Below, one piece after another: positions 13,414-26,199 of a DNA stretch of 64,000 nt. Below the pieces are notes generated by a model. It made no database searches and had not been told where the DNA came from. It saw nothing but the letters and a program-made list of their open reading frames with translations. Each line of letters begins with the position of its first letter. Within the stretch, counting starts at the first letter, position 1. A program made the translations under genes and the position numbers. Origin of the DNA: Raillietiella orientalis (lineage: Eukaryota); the NCBI GenBank assembly GCA_036172245.1, contig JAYWIR010000016.1, forward strand, positions 992,001-1,056,000, written 5' to 3'.

Positions 13414-14452
13414 TATTCAAAAATCACTTATATTCTTCCCAACTAGTCCATCCTATGCCTAAGCATTTACATGAGTATGTCGATCTAAACTTGAAAAGAT
13501 TTCGAGCAGGCCAATGAGCAGGTTGCTTTCCTTTGCTTTCCTTCCTTTTTCATCCTTGGTTCCATCATATGGTAAGTAAATAGTACAAATGAATCGCACT
13601 TGGTTAAACATTTTCACTACGCAAAATAATAACAAATGCTTGCTCTTTAAGAATATGTAAATGTGTAAATACCTAAAACTCATCCTATCTGTTGAGCCTT
13701 TTTAAGGTCATGGTTGCCAATCTGTTGTAAAAATATGATAGATCATTTGTTCATAGCATTTGTATCGTTCACTGGCAAAAGACATGAATGGAAACAATTC
13801 CCATTTCTTATTAAAATTGCTTTCAATGAAAAAAACAGACATCTTCGCGGACAATTCTGGATTAATAAAAAAACGTTCGGATTCTGAATTTCGGCTCCGA
13901 AAGGCAAAAAGCATCGTCGTCCCACCGTATTCATCTTGATCTTCTACTACCTAATGACTGAAAATTGTTAAATAACTTTGAAACAACCTCGATCACTTGA
14001 TTTCCTGACGTGCTTCTGTGTGGATCACATAAAGATTACTCTTGCAGCACATTTTTTTTCGTCTACACGTAGTAAACGGAATTCTTGGGTGAAAAGAACT
14101 CGAGAATTGTCCGTTGCTGCACCACAGCTGGAGTCCAAGGAGCTTCTTTATAATTGGATGGAAACTCAGCCAGCAGCATACGTGAGCTAAGTTAGCTTCA
14201 AGCACACTCGCTTGTGTGGGAAAACATTCCTAATGAAGCTATTCATATCCGTTACGCAGATACGAATACCTTCATTAGAAGTGTATTAATGGCTGTAGCA
14301 GTTTGAGGCGAGTTCTTGACTTAATGCGATAAGCGCCCCTATGGCAAATACAAATGAACTCGATGTCGCTTTGCCTTCCTACCTCAGTCATTTATGCTGA
14401 GCAGGAACAAATAAACTCTTCCTTCTTCGGTTTTTTTGCCTTTTTTTTCCAG

Positions 14453-14700
14453 GTTCATCAACACAGCTGTCTCTGTTGGACTTCTGGAAAAACTTCGAGG
14501 AGTTTCCACTGATGGAAGGGGCAGCAAGGTCCATGATGGTCGCCTACTTGTGAGGCAGCATATCAGGAAGTAAATGTGAAATTGCCAAGAACGACTCAAC
14601 AACGCAGGTTATCTCCGGTCAATGAATATGACCCCCTTATTCAGCGTATTCGTACGTCTTATCAGTTTAGCCAAGTCCACCCTATGCTCAGATCAGTCTT
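14453..14700 (+). pseudogene. Remnant of hAT (Buster/Charlie-like) transposase C-terminal dimerisation domain
   Basis: LSLLDFWKNFEEFPLMEGAARSMMVAYL then, restoring 2 nt, CEAAY; this matches the FW...EYP.L...A...TYLCE.GFS pattern. Preceded by a strong polypyrimidine/CAG acceptor ending at 14452. Confidence 0.5.
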
Positions 14701-15399
14701 AAAATGCCCCTCGTTCATTGAGCATGGAGGAAAGCTGAGCTGCGAATTATGCGACCATGCTTCTGTGAGGAAACTGGCAGCTGGGAACCATTCGGAGGTA
14801 TTAGGAATCTTCCCTGCAAGAGCTACAAGATGACCGCATGTAAACAACAGTAATGAATATCAACGAGAAATCCTCGTTTCTGTGAAATTCTCGGAAGGGA
14901 ATGCGAATCATAGAGGTTGGGATTTCAGGTTCATAAAATTTTCCCGGCAACCTGAGATTGGTTCAGAATTTTCTATGCCTATCTAACCCTTGCTCAGTCA
15001 TCCTTCCTCCAAAACAACGAAGATCGACATCTATGAGTAGAGTCCAGAATGATGATATCTTCGACAGAGACATCGAAAAAGATGCTCACAGCGTTCGCAA
15101 AGAAGTATCCATCAGGGTGCGAGGTCCAAGGAACGACCCCCTCAACGAACGCGCACGAAACAGTAAATGAAGGTTAAGAAGACAGGTGCTTTGGAAGTCA
15201 ATGCTCTTCGTGAGAACATTGCATAAACTCGTATTCCACTTTCTTCAGGTTTTCGACAGTCATCATAATAATAATAGCATTCACAAATCGCTGCACGTAC
15301 ATGTTGTGTCTCAATTAGTTGCTGCGTTTTGAGAACATCGTTCGAGTAGAAAATGGAAGGAGCTATGAAATAGGTGTCAAGGAAACGAAGAGATAAGGA

Positions 15400-18300
15400 G
15401 GTGCTTTCCGACGAATAAGAGGCAACGCATTTGTTGGAATACCAATTCGTGGGGAGCAGAGGTTTAGTCAAGTGATAGCGTGAAGAGATGCACAAGGCGG
15501 AGGAGAACTGCACTCTGGCCACCTCCCCGCCAACTTTCCTCCCGCTCATCTCGTGATGTGGTCCCTGCAAGTGGATACCTGCCATTCCATGAGCCGCTGT
15601 AGATGCTGCTTCTGTATGTACCAACCATGCAAAGCGCGGGGAACACAGTCACACACCATTTGCGCACGGCACATGTCCACATGCCTGGGAGGACATTGCT
15701 TTGGTTAGGCGCACACCTGAAAAGGGGACAGTCTGAATTCGGAAACACGATCTCCTGAACAGATACTCACAAGGAAAATGACCCAGGCACAACCAAAAGG
15801 TGGCTGCCTCAGGTGCACACTTCAGACAGAAAGTCCCGCGTTAAGTGCGAAGTCCCCACTGACTGCACTTCTCTGTTCCCGACTCGAGAGTCTTTTGTGC
15901 TTCCGGAAGGGCATTATTTCCGGCATGTACCCTTCTTCATCTTTCAGCCTCGGCAAGAAAATGCCTTGGGTAAGAAAATCGTTAAAAACAGGAAGAACGA
16001 AAAGATTTTCGAGCCGTAAGTTTTTCCAATTCCTCAATGAAAAGGATTTTCGAGGTCTACCGTGATGACTCCAGAACGTTCGGTACGTCCCATTGCCTGC
16101 GTGCTCTCATCTCCTGCAGGAACTCTTTCGGTGTCCGTGTGGTAATCCTTATCTGGAACATCGAATAAAGGGATTCATGCTTGCAACTTTTTCCCTTCCG
16201 GTGGGGATTTGCGTCTCGATGAACAAACAACCAATCAGAATCGGGCGGAAGTACAAATAAAAACGAATGACCAATGAGATTCGAACGGACACCGATTAAG
16301 GAGACGGAGAAAGGGTCGACGAATACCATCGCAGCAAAACAGGGTAGCTCAAGTCGCTAAAGGATGCATGGAAAAGGTCTCCGTGGGAAAAGGAACGACA
16401 GCTTCCGATTTCTGGATAGAACAGGGCGAAACGGCAGCACCAGCTGCGGAAGTGAATGGACGAAAAGGCGATACGAAGGAACAACGGAGCGGAATTCCCC
16501 ATCCGAGGATGAGTTGCGGATAGAGCAGGAAACCAATGGAACTGTAACGGCAGTAGTCAAACCCAGCCTCCCGAATCGATCGGGTAACGAGGAAAGGAAA
16601 AGGAATGAAGATCTTTCCTTTCTGGTAAAAAGAAAAGAATACCCCTTCCGGAGTTCCCCTCAAAGGCCTTCGGGGGTGTGTTACCCTCTCCCTTTAGCAT
16701 TCCCCCGGAAAGATGTTTCGTTGAGCGAAGAGCACGCCGGCTTCCAGTCCCTGCTCTTTCTGCTGTTGAAGGGGCAAAGAGCGAGGGAGAGAGGGCAAGT
16801 GACAGTGAAGAAGGGGAGGCGTGAGTGAGATGCAGCCAGGGGAGAGAGGACGACGGTGTTGGGAACGCAAGAATACCGATTCCCGCAGGATCGAAGGGGA
16901 AGAAACAGGAGCACTTGGAAGGGAGAGGGGCAGACTTTTGTGCAACCGTACCAGAAGCTCCTTCTCTATCCGTTCCCAGTTCGTCTTCGAAGAAAAATGG
17001 CTCCAGGATGGAAGTGGATCCGAGAGGCGCTCTCTTCTCCGGCAAGCAAGCCGGAGCTCGAAACAGAGTGCAGACAAGGGCGAGAGGGAAGCTTGCAGAA
17101 GGAGAGAGGGAAAGGAATGAGAAAAGAAGAACGGACGGGTGCTCTCCAGGAGGACACCGTGGCAAGGGTATTCAAGAATCTGTATAGGTTTTCTAGACAT
17201 CTACCTCCTCCTCCTTTGACTCTCATCAAAAGACTAGGAAAAGAAACACGTTCCTGCAAGTCTGAACGAGAATCTCGAAAAGAAAATCCTCAACTACCCG
17301 GTCGAGAACCTACAAGACACTGACGTGACCAGCAACGAACAATGTGTTGATGAAGCATTCTCTTTTGTGCCCCTCCGTTGCCGTCGCCCAAGTAACCTCG
17401 AGAGAAGGATAGCGGAAACCAAAAATCGATTTTTTCTTTCGAGAGATGATGCGGCGCACTTGAGGAAGACCGGAGGTGTTCAGAAAAGTAGCCGAACTTG
17501 AGCACAGGCTGTATCGGAGCGTGCCATTCGGGGAAACGGGGCAGAAGGGATTGGAGTCGGTTCTGGGTTCTAAAGGAAGCAAAGCAAGCCAACAGCCTAC
17601 ATGAGAAGATGGGAAAAAGAAAAGGGAAGAGGCAGAAAACAAAGATCCAAAGCTTAAAACTAGAATGTGATGACCTGATATCCGATAGCGGAGGACAGAA
17701 TCCCTCTCCACTCTCGGGCTCTGTCCTAGGAGCAGTTCTTTCAAAAGGGTTCCAAATTCAAAGCGAATGCTCGAGAGCTGTTGGCAGAAAGCTTCTGTCT
17801 CGAATCATTCGAGCCCTCCCCCTGCGTCTCTTTCCTAGAATCTGGGAGCATCTAGAAGAATTTCGACAAGCGATTTAGAAAGTCCTTCATTCAGTCATTC
17901 CTTGTCCTGTTCGCATCCCACAGCTCCGTATGATGCCGTCTTCGAGGCCGGCCGACCTACTTTCAGGCTTTTTGCCTTCTCTGTGCATTGCGCTTGCTTC
18001 TGGTATCAACTTGCTCAAGTCATCACCATGGTCTCGTTGTTCTACGGAGCTTCGTTGATTTTGCTTTTCCTTCCTCGGTAGCTGAATCCCTATACCACCG
18101 CAATTTCTGTTCCTCGGAATTTTCTTTTCCCCTACGTTTCCTTTGCAGACAAAGGAAAACGGACAAACGAGGGTGTTTCCATCTCATCGGAGCTTTGACC
18201 ATTATGTGTGCTCCACACTGGGAAGCAGACTCGACCGCATTTTTCGATCTTTGAGCTCTCCGCAGATAAGTCACTAGACTCTGCAGTTGGAACCAGCGGA

Positions 18301-19450
18301 TCGGTCTTTGGCAAATTTGTTTTGCAGGAGGATTCCAAAGCCTGTCCAGGGGATAAAGAAAGAAAAGAGGACCGTGCTGGCACCGTGAGCCGCAGCCCCG
18401 CCTACGCTGATCTTGTACACGCCAGTCTGCTACTTTCTCTTCCATTTCCCCTTCTTGTTTCGTTGTGGTGAGCACGAGCCATGCGCGAATCCGAATCAGA
18501 GGGTGCCCACACCTTTCGGATGAGGAGACGCACCTTGGCTTTAAAGGCCGATGTCCATCTCTGCGCTTGGCATTTCCACTCCTGCCGGCTAGAAGAAGTC
18601 TGCTGCTAAAAGACAGCCGCTATTCACTCCCCTATCCATAAAACTGGTTTTCCAGAGGACGTGATTCAAGTTAGTGAACTCTTTCCGCTGAAGATGCTCA
18701 TCTAGTAGAAAAATCGGGGAGATATTTAGCTCTTTTCTCCCCACTATACTCAAGCTGCAGCGTCTTGTGAGCAGGTCTATAGGAAGATCCAGAAAGGACT
18801 CAGGTGAGTTCCTCAGAGCGAACCCAGATTCATTAGTCAGCAGCCAATACTCATCAAGAATGATAAGGAGCTCCCATTTCCATTTCCGGCTACAAGTCCT
18901 CGTATCTCCTCCATACTGAAGCAGGCTTCAAACAGGCGCGACTCATCAGAGCTCTCTAGAAATGGATCCATTTTTCGATGCTCCACATTCGGCAGCAAGA
19001 GTTGCACGTAGGTACCTCATATGGGAGTATGGTCCGTACTTTTTGCACTAAAGTGCAGAGCCAGGGGGGGAGGAGGGGAGTTGAAAAGAAGAACTAGCCA
19101 TCGAATGATTGAGGTTCCTCTGAATGAAGAGTAAAAGGCGATTGGAAAATCTTGAAGAGAATCTGAGGCATATCTAAGAAAAGGAAAGGGGTCCAATATT
19201 CTGAGAGAAGCCAAAATATTGCATTTGCACGCAAAATAAAGAGATAAAAGTGAAGAGACAAGATGGTCCGAAAGAAAATTTGTTTCCGTTCGCGGAGAAA
19301 AGCTTACTAGGTGGAACACTAGTTATTTCAGTATGTCCGTAACTACCCAAGGAAACCGTTCTTCCGGGCCTGTTACGGAATATTCCATTTTCAAAGACGC
19401 GAAGACATTCAAGATTCGCGTCTCCTCAAAAGATTCACCTGTATCTCTAA
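15400..19450 (-). mobile_element. Ancient L1/Tx1-like ORF2 fossil (pre-RT, RT, post-RT, zinc finger)
   Basis: In correct order across frameshifts: CFSMEEIRGLV (~18900), NISPIFLLD (~18715), DRGVNSGCLLA (~18620, cf. RGVRQGCPLS), AGIGILAFP (~16880, cf. GGLGLP), FCLKC..E.SHLL (~15810). Confidence 0.55.
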
Positions 19451-20719
19451 ATTCAGTGCTCGTTTCTCTCTTCCGCACTGCTCAGTCTCCTCTTCTTCCT
19501 TGAGAATGCTTCCGTCTGGGCAGCAACCTACGTACCTAAGGTCATCTCACTCGAGGAGTGTGTGTCCGTGTAGCATAGAATTGCTACAGCAGCCCCGGGA
19601 AACGTATCGACTAACGTAGCAACTTGAATTCAACTTTTTCGACCTCGGTTCCGTCAGCACCACCCCACTTCGGTAGTGAAGTCACGTGACGGTGATGCGC
19701 GCGTTCGATGCTGATCCAAACTTCCGTGTCCTAGACAAAGAAAGAGAAATTCCTTGTTTCTAAGAAACCTCGGCATCACGCAGCTCACGAAGCAAGCGAC
19801 ATCAACTCCATTAATGGAGGAACACAAGAAGAAAATAAATAAAATTTACGCAATACGTATCTAAATGAGGTGACAAATAGAATCTTCCATTTGTCACCTA
19901 TCTACAAACCCAGCATGTGTGCACGTACGCAAGAGTGAGATACTATGTATATACGCTAATGGGTACATTCGCACTACACTTGTGCGAGTATACACTACAC
20001 GTGCCCGCATTAAGATGCGAGTTGTGAACATACACATACTTGTGTATGAAACGAAGAAACGCGTACTGTATCTTGCACAGATGCCTATTCTTGTGATGCT
20101 TGAGTACTGAATATCCGGAAACTCATATATGCAGCATTCACGTATCCCAGTTATGTAAACGCTATAGGAATTCCTACCTCAAATGTGTTCCCACATACTC
20201 TTGCTTGCTTTCGTACGAAGTTTGTGCATGACGTACATACGGGACAGTGTTTTGAGCATGGGTCATGTTATCACACATGTGAGTACCTATGGAATAACAA
20301 AGACTGAAGATCACAATCTCCAGCCTCCTGTGTTTGATGGATTCATTACGATTCGTTATCTGCCAGTTACTGCTGCTAGAGGAGCGCGCTCCACTGCTCA
20401 CTTTCTTGCTGTCGAAGAGCAAGAAAGTGGTTGAGCCCGCAAAAGCAAAGAGAAATTGATCCAAAGAGCCGAAATACCTAGGTCCAGTGGACAGGACAGA
20501 CTAGCAACCTGATCTGCCGCAGACCTGTGAGGAGGAGAGATTGATGGATGGGACTCTGGTAGCCGAAAAGTACAATGAAAGCAGAAACTTACAACTCTGG
20601 TGATAAATTCTTCTCTAGGTGAGTGCTTGAGGACAGACTACCCTGACCACGGGTAAGAAGCCAGATTTATTGGGAACACTGAACAAATGGACTCAGTGAT
20701 GTATGAACTATTGGTGGTG

Positions 20720-20944
20720 TCATTTATAAAGATCTTGCGGATAACAGTAGGAAATCTGACCAGAAGCCCACCATACTTGAATCTGTCCTGAAGGGTGAAG
20801 ATCAATTACTTGACCTGCATTGAAATTTGGAACTAAAGATTCAAAATTTCCTATTCTCATGACAATTTCCCCAGCTCTAAACGCAATATCAGGATGTTCT
20901 TCAATATCATAAACGCTCATTTCTTCTTCTTTGAGAAATAGGGG
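20720..20944 (-). pseudogene. UBE2O: Isolated single exon of E2/E3 hybrid ubiquitin ligase UBE2O
   Basis: PLFLKEEEMSVYDIEEHPDIAFRAGEIVMRIG...AGQVIDLHPSGQIQVWWASGQISYCYPQDLYK matches the UBE2O region SVYD..DHPDF.FR...IV.RIG...GQV...V.W...PQ.LY. Acceptor ttctcag is intact. It ends in TGA with no donor, and no other UBE2O exons were seen in the window. Confidence 0.7.
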
Positions 20945-20999
20945 CTGAGAATTTTTTTCATCATCATATTCTCACATCATATTACTATATATATGAAAA

Positions 21000-22100
21000 A
21001 ATGAAAACGAAAAGGAGCCGTATTTTCTGCTGGACGAGATATGGTTTCATCACCGCATGTTCTCTTGAGACCTTTCCTTGGGGACTGCAGCAAAATTATG
21101 CGAATGAATCTGTCTCCAAGAGCCAAGAATTTCGTGAGGATTCAAGAAAATTCGACCGACCCGTCCTCGTGACAGCAGGGAGTCTCACCAGCTTGCAGCT
21201 CCCAACAAATCACGTGGACTTGTTCACAGATGCAACTGTGTCTAGGCAGTGTAACAGCAAAGGAGGAGGAAATGATTTTCGAAAACGTGTGGAAATTCAC
21301 ACGACTTGCTTCATGTGCGCTCATCAGTAATCGAACCCGTCTTATGGAACCAGAATTTGGTATTTAAGCATTCAGATGAAAACGAAAAATTTTCTCTCAT
21401 AATAACCGAGAGAGAACATCTATCTCGAGCAATTCTACTACTATATATCTATTGGCATTGTGGGACTGGATTTCTGAAACGTCGGTTCCCGAAGAGATGC
21501 ATCTCTTGTTGGATTTGTTCATTGTCACTAAATACAGGGTGGGTGCAGGTGCGACTTCTGCATGCGCCACCTATAAGCAGATTGCTGCATGCTCGATGTT
21601 TTCAAAAATTGCACTAGAATTAAGGGATCGCTACAAAAGTGCGCTCTGGTTTGGAGGATGTCCACGAGCATCCACAAATTAGAGATCCGAACTCAAAGTG
21701 AGCCTTCCAGAAATTTACGAGTCCACTCTTAATGCTATTCAAATCGCACATAGATTCTGCGAACGCATGAAAGGTACGTCGCATCCATCTTCCGCCAGCA
21801 TCTTGATTCTTCATCTGCCGCGAAGCGTGCAAGCAGAAACCGATATGTGTATGTGTCGCCATGGCGATTGGAGGAATCCCACGTTCTCGCTCTTTAGTTG
21901 ATACGCTGTTACCTTATCTTCAGAAGGGACACAGACTTCTTTTGTAGCATGCTTTACTACACCGAAAAGCCAGGAGGACCACAAGTAGAAAGAAGGATTT
22001 TTGAAAGTTTCATCCATTCTCAGGAGACAAAACGCTCCATTATGCACTTTCATCTGAAAGAGCATTTCAATCGGACGCTCGTTAGATCTTCCCGATTCGT
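21000..22100 (-). mobile_element. Decayed non-LTR RT N-terminal fragment
   Basis: IKSGLVNFWKAHF, SSGTDVSEIP (cf. KSPGPDGIP), NFHTFSKIISSSFAVTL (cf. N.DYKILSK.LA.RL), VICWELQAG (cf. IIHPDQ.G), in order. Confidence 0.5.
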
Positions 22101-22275
22101 CTCCTCAAAACTACCAAATGATGTGCCACAATGATCCTATTTGCTCCTGCAGTTTGCGGAGGAACTGGCTTTCCTTTCTCATGTCAGTTTATTTCCGCAA
22201 CGGATCGAGGTGCTGGTTCCAAAGTTCAAAGCTCTTTTCCTGATTTCTTCGCTAGAGATCCCTCAAGTGGAAATA

Positions 22276-22279
<4 letters not shown>

Positions 22280-22305
<26 letters not shown>
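22280..22305. repeat. (GA)n microsatellite
   Basis: agagagagagagagagagagagagag seen directly. Confidence 0.9.
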
Positions 22306-22310
<5 letters not shown>

Positions 22311-25099
22311 TGAATAAAAGACCCCCCCCTCAAATCTCTCTCAGGAAGAAAACGCACGGAACTGGACAAGCTCTCACGCAGAGTAGATAGATTTTGCAGT
22401 CGTTTTTTTTGTTTTTTACTGTTCATCCGGTGGTAACTGTGAGAGAGCTTAAAATGGCGTAAAATGCTGCTTCAGGTGAGCCGTGCCCGCACGGTTTGAG
22501 AGTTGGGATCCTCACCTTCCCCACCGTGCTACAGAACGCTGTGATGCTGCGTGGCGGGTCTGTTCGGGGATTTGCATTTCAAAGACGACCGGATATTTCT
22601 CAGAGGGCATGTTTTGCGGTCCAAGCGCGCAAGATACGCTTTTGAGGAGCCTTTTCGGAGCAACGCATCTCGGGAGAGGACGGAGGAAATGCGGAAACGG
22701 CCACAGCCCGACGCGGGCGAAAGCGCACGCGTCCACCAGCCGATGCTGCTGCTCGCGGCTGTTCCTCCTTCTCTCTTTTTTTTTTTTTTTTTCCTTCCTT
22801 TCTTCACTCGCCGGATGCGACGTTGCTTAGGGACCGCCTACGAACAACTAATCTGCGTTGCCCCAGAAGCTACGACAGCAAATGAGGGCCGCGTGAGCCA
22901 GCTGCGATTCTGGGATGTCTGGGAGGCCTGATCGATGCATTCCTTTCATTGGTAACTCGGATCAGTCATCGATTGAAGAGCAACTCTTCCCAGTCACTTT
23001 CATTGGTCCCTAAATGGCAAGAGAGCACAAAACAGTCATCTTTTATTCCCTGGGATCAGAGGCACCCGAGCCGAACGAATCCATAATCACGGGAACGGGA
23101 CCCATTCACGGCTCAGGAAAGTCCTCGCGTTGCGAAAATGATGATTGAAAAATCTTCAGCGTCAGCAGCTTACGTGGAAACGTTCCGTGAAGGCGTTTTT
23201 TCAAGTTCGTCCCATTTCCTTCCCTCCGCTTTCCCATCGGGCTGCTATTACCGACAAAAAGAGAAAGAAAAAAAAAGAAAAGAAAATGGGTCCAGTCACG
23301 ATTTTCGGGATAGGTTGCTCGGCAGATGTGCTGGACCCATTTGGTGAGCAGCGAGCGAGGTGGTTTCCAACCAAATTTCGAGACGAAGAGATGCACGCCA
23401 CGTTACGTCCTGAGAAATCTTCATGGGGGGAAAGTCAGAATCTTCCCCGGAAGATTTGACTAGCGATCGACTCTTATCGGTTTACTCCCACGGAATCGAC
23501 CAAGAGGTTTTTATATACGCGTGTACAGATGACGTATAACAAAACACTTGGCGACGGTGAAGTCACCAACTGCTTGGCAGGCGCTCGGGATAGAACCCGG
23601 GGTCAGGGAGCACGCGCGCCTTCTTCGTTCGTAGGGAGGAAAAGAAGCACGGAAACACTGGCGTGCGATTACTATGTATTAGTAATAATGAGGAGGAAAC
23701 AAAACCAGGAACCAAATCCTTACTGGAATGACATGTTCAAAGGTAATTTCAAAGATAGTTTCGTCTTGCATATCGGTTTCCCATTCGCGGAGATGAAAGA
23801 ATTTGGTTTCTCCACAGTGATCTGTCACCATGCTCAAGAAGAAAGAGGAATCGGGTGATGCTTCGGTTCACTTTCGTAATCCCTGTTCTCAACTTTGCAA
23901 ATAAAAAACAAAGCCAAGCAATTTTTTCCCCAACGTGCCCATCACTGCCTCGTTACATCAGAGAAAAACAACAACCGGAAACTGGTCTCATGATGAGTAA
24001 CCAGTCATCTAGTAACCGAGGATTCGTGCAAGAAAGTTTCATTTCCGAGAGTACGAAGATCATTTTTGTTTTTTAAATGCAACCGGTAAGAACGAGGTAT
24101 AGTTGTGAATAACTAAAATCCGATCATGCTGTATATTTTGTTTTTTGTTTGTTTTTTCTAGGAAAAAAAAAAAAAAAAAAGTAGAATTGTCACCACGAGA
24201 GGGTGGGGGATTTTCCAGAAAAAAAAGATTTCTACTTACCAGAGCGTGTGGAAATTATTTTACCGATTTTCTGGGGAACCCTCGGCACACACACACACAC
24301 ACCGTGCTTTCGCGTTCACCGCTTCCCTTAGCGGAGGCACCGAGCGGAGAACCGACATAACGGAAGTCCACACTTACGAAACGACGAAATCCAAAAACAA
24401 ATTTTTACGCACTTCCCGAGCGGATGATTAAAGTGCCGTAATCGAATACTGAAATTTCACACAGCCTGCAGCCGCGGCCATGACTGTTTTTCCATCGGAA
24501 CTTCGATTGCAAGAAGGATTTGTTCACAAGCAAAACAAGCCTTCCCTTCCCCGGACCAAATGCAGAGATCTGCGGAACACACACACATACGCACGCACGC
24601 ACGTATGTATGTACTTTTATCGCATATATAATAATAGATGACTTCGTTTCTTCGCAGTTCCAAAATGGATCCAAAATTCGCTTCCGATCGTATGCGATTA
24701 TTTTTGAAAACGTCCATCGCGCGGACGTGCTTTCTGATTCCCTTCAGCCTGGCTAAATTTAGAATCACTGTGGAAACCGATTTGTTGGAGCTTTGTTGGA
24801 AGCAGCGCCCGGGCGGATCGCCCGGGCAACGCTGCAGTCCATTTTTGCGATCCATCCACAATTTAATAGCGGTTTAATTATTCCGAGGCTTCCTTGCTCG
24901 CGGCGATCGATGGATCAATCGCCTCGTGATTCCGGACATCGAGTTTCCTTTGATTTCCTTCCCCTCCCCCCCTCCCCCGGACGAAGAAGCGAAAGGTTAA
25001 GGAGCGCATAGATGAGGAGGCCGCGTCTATTGATTTCTTGACTTCGAGAGAGTGTAGACAAAGAAAGAAAAGTAGATTCATCAATTTCCTCCTTCCCCC

Positions 25100-25820
25100 T
25101 TCCCCCCCCCCTCCCTCCTCCTCCCCAATATCGGGTTTCTTCAAACACTGGAATCCGTTTCGAAGAACAGCCAGACCACCCTAGAATCATAGATTAGGAG
25201 AGTTCGAACTCGACAAAAAACAACCTATCACGGGTTTGACACTTTCAACTAGATGCACGATGATGATGATCACACACTCTGTCGTAGGTCCGGATGCAGT
25301 GGGGCTTTTAGGTGTTGGGCAGAAATGAAGGCGTTCGAAAAAGTAAGCTGCTGCTGGGTTGCTTTCAACCTCGGAATTGCAGAGAAAGAAAATGAGCAGA
25401 GGCCCGAGTGAGCGATGGAGAAGGAACAAACGAAATGAACAAGAGAATGCGTTGCTACGCTGGTTTCCAGGAGGAACCCGCGTCGTCAAGGTTCGAAAAA
25501 GACAAAATGCAATCCCACGTATGCGATTTCAAGCCACCGCCACCACCACCATCCCTGCCGGCGAGGGAGGAGAGGGGTTGTGAGAAGGATCGAGGAGTCA
25601 ACAAGTAGGCATCCGAAAGCTCAATTTGGTGGAGATGGTTCCTTTGATAGGTCGTGATAGTCACAGCACCAAGATTCTTCAGAAGACGTTTCTAAGGCGA
25701 TTTCCTCCACTGGATCCACTTCCCAGCATGAATCTCCTCCACTTCCTCATCCGAAAATGAGCTCACATCGATCTGGCTTTTTCTAATCATGCCAGAATCT
25801 GAAACCGTACACCTGCACTT
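25100..25820 (-). mobile_element. Possible decayed LINE AP-endonuclease remnant
   Basis: LGAVTITT, CILSFSNL and CQTRDRLFFVE loosely follow the GVAIL / IL.GDFN / SRLDRFFV order. Weak. Confidence 0.3.
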
Positions 25821-26199
25821 GTGGTACGAAAAAGCCGGGCACACCATCTACCCGAAATTGTTTTATGGTAATCATCACCACAAAAACTGCCTTTTTTTTT
25901 TTTTTTTTTTGCTACTTTTGGCAAGTGTGCGCGCACTTTATCAAAGTGTCGATGAGAAACTGGTAGTCAGGCGAGACGAATGTCGTCTCCACATCAGGTC
26001 ACGTAGCCACTGCTATTTTTCCTGTCTCCTTTTCTTCCCCCTTGCACATATTCACGAATGTCAGAGGCCTCACAGCATGACTTGTGCTTCCATGACCTGC
26101 GCCAGGTCGGCCGAGTGACCCGTAGTTGCTCACAGAATGAGGCGCATAGAAAGCTCGCGTGTAGTTGACGTCGGGCCTGCCGCTGCACACCCTCAGTTC

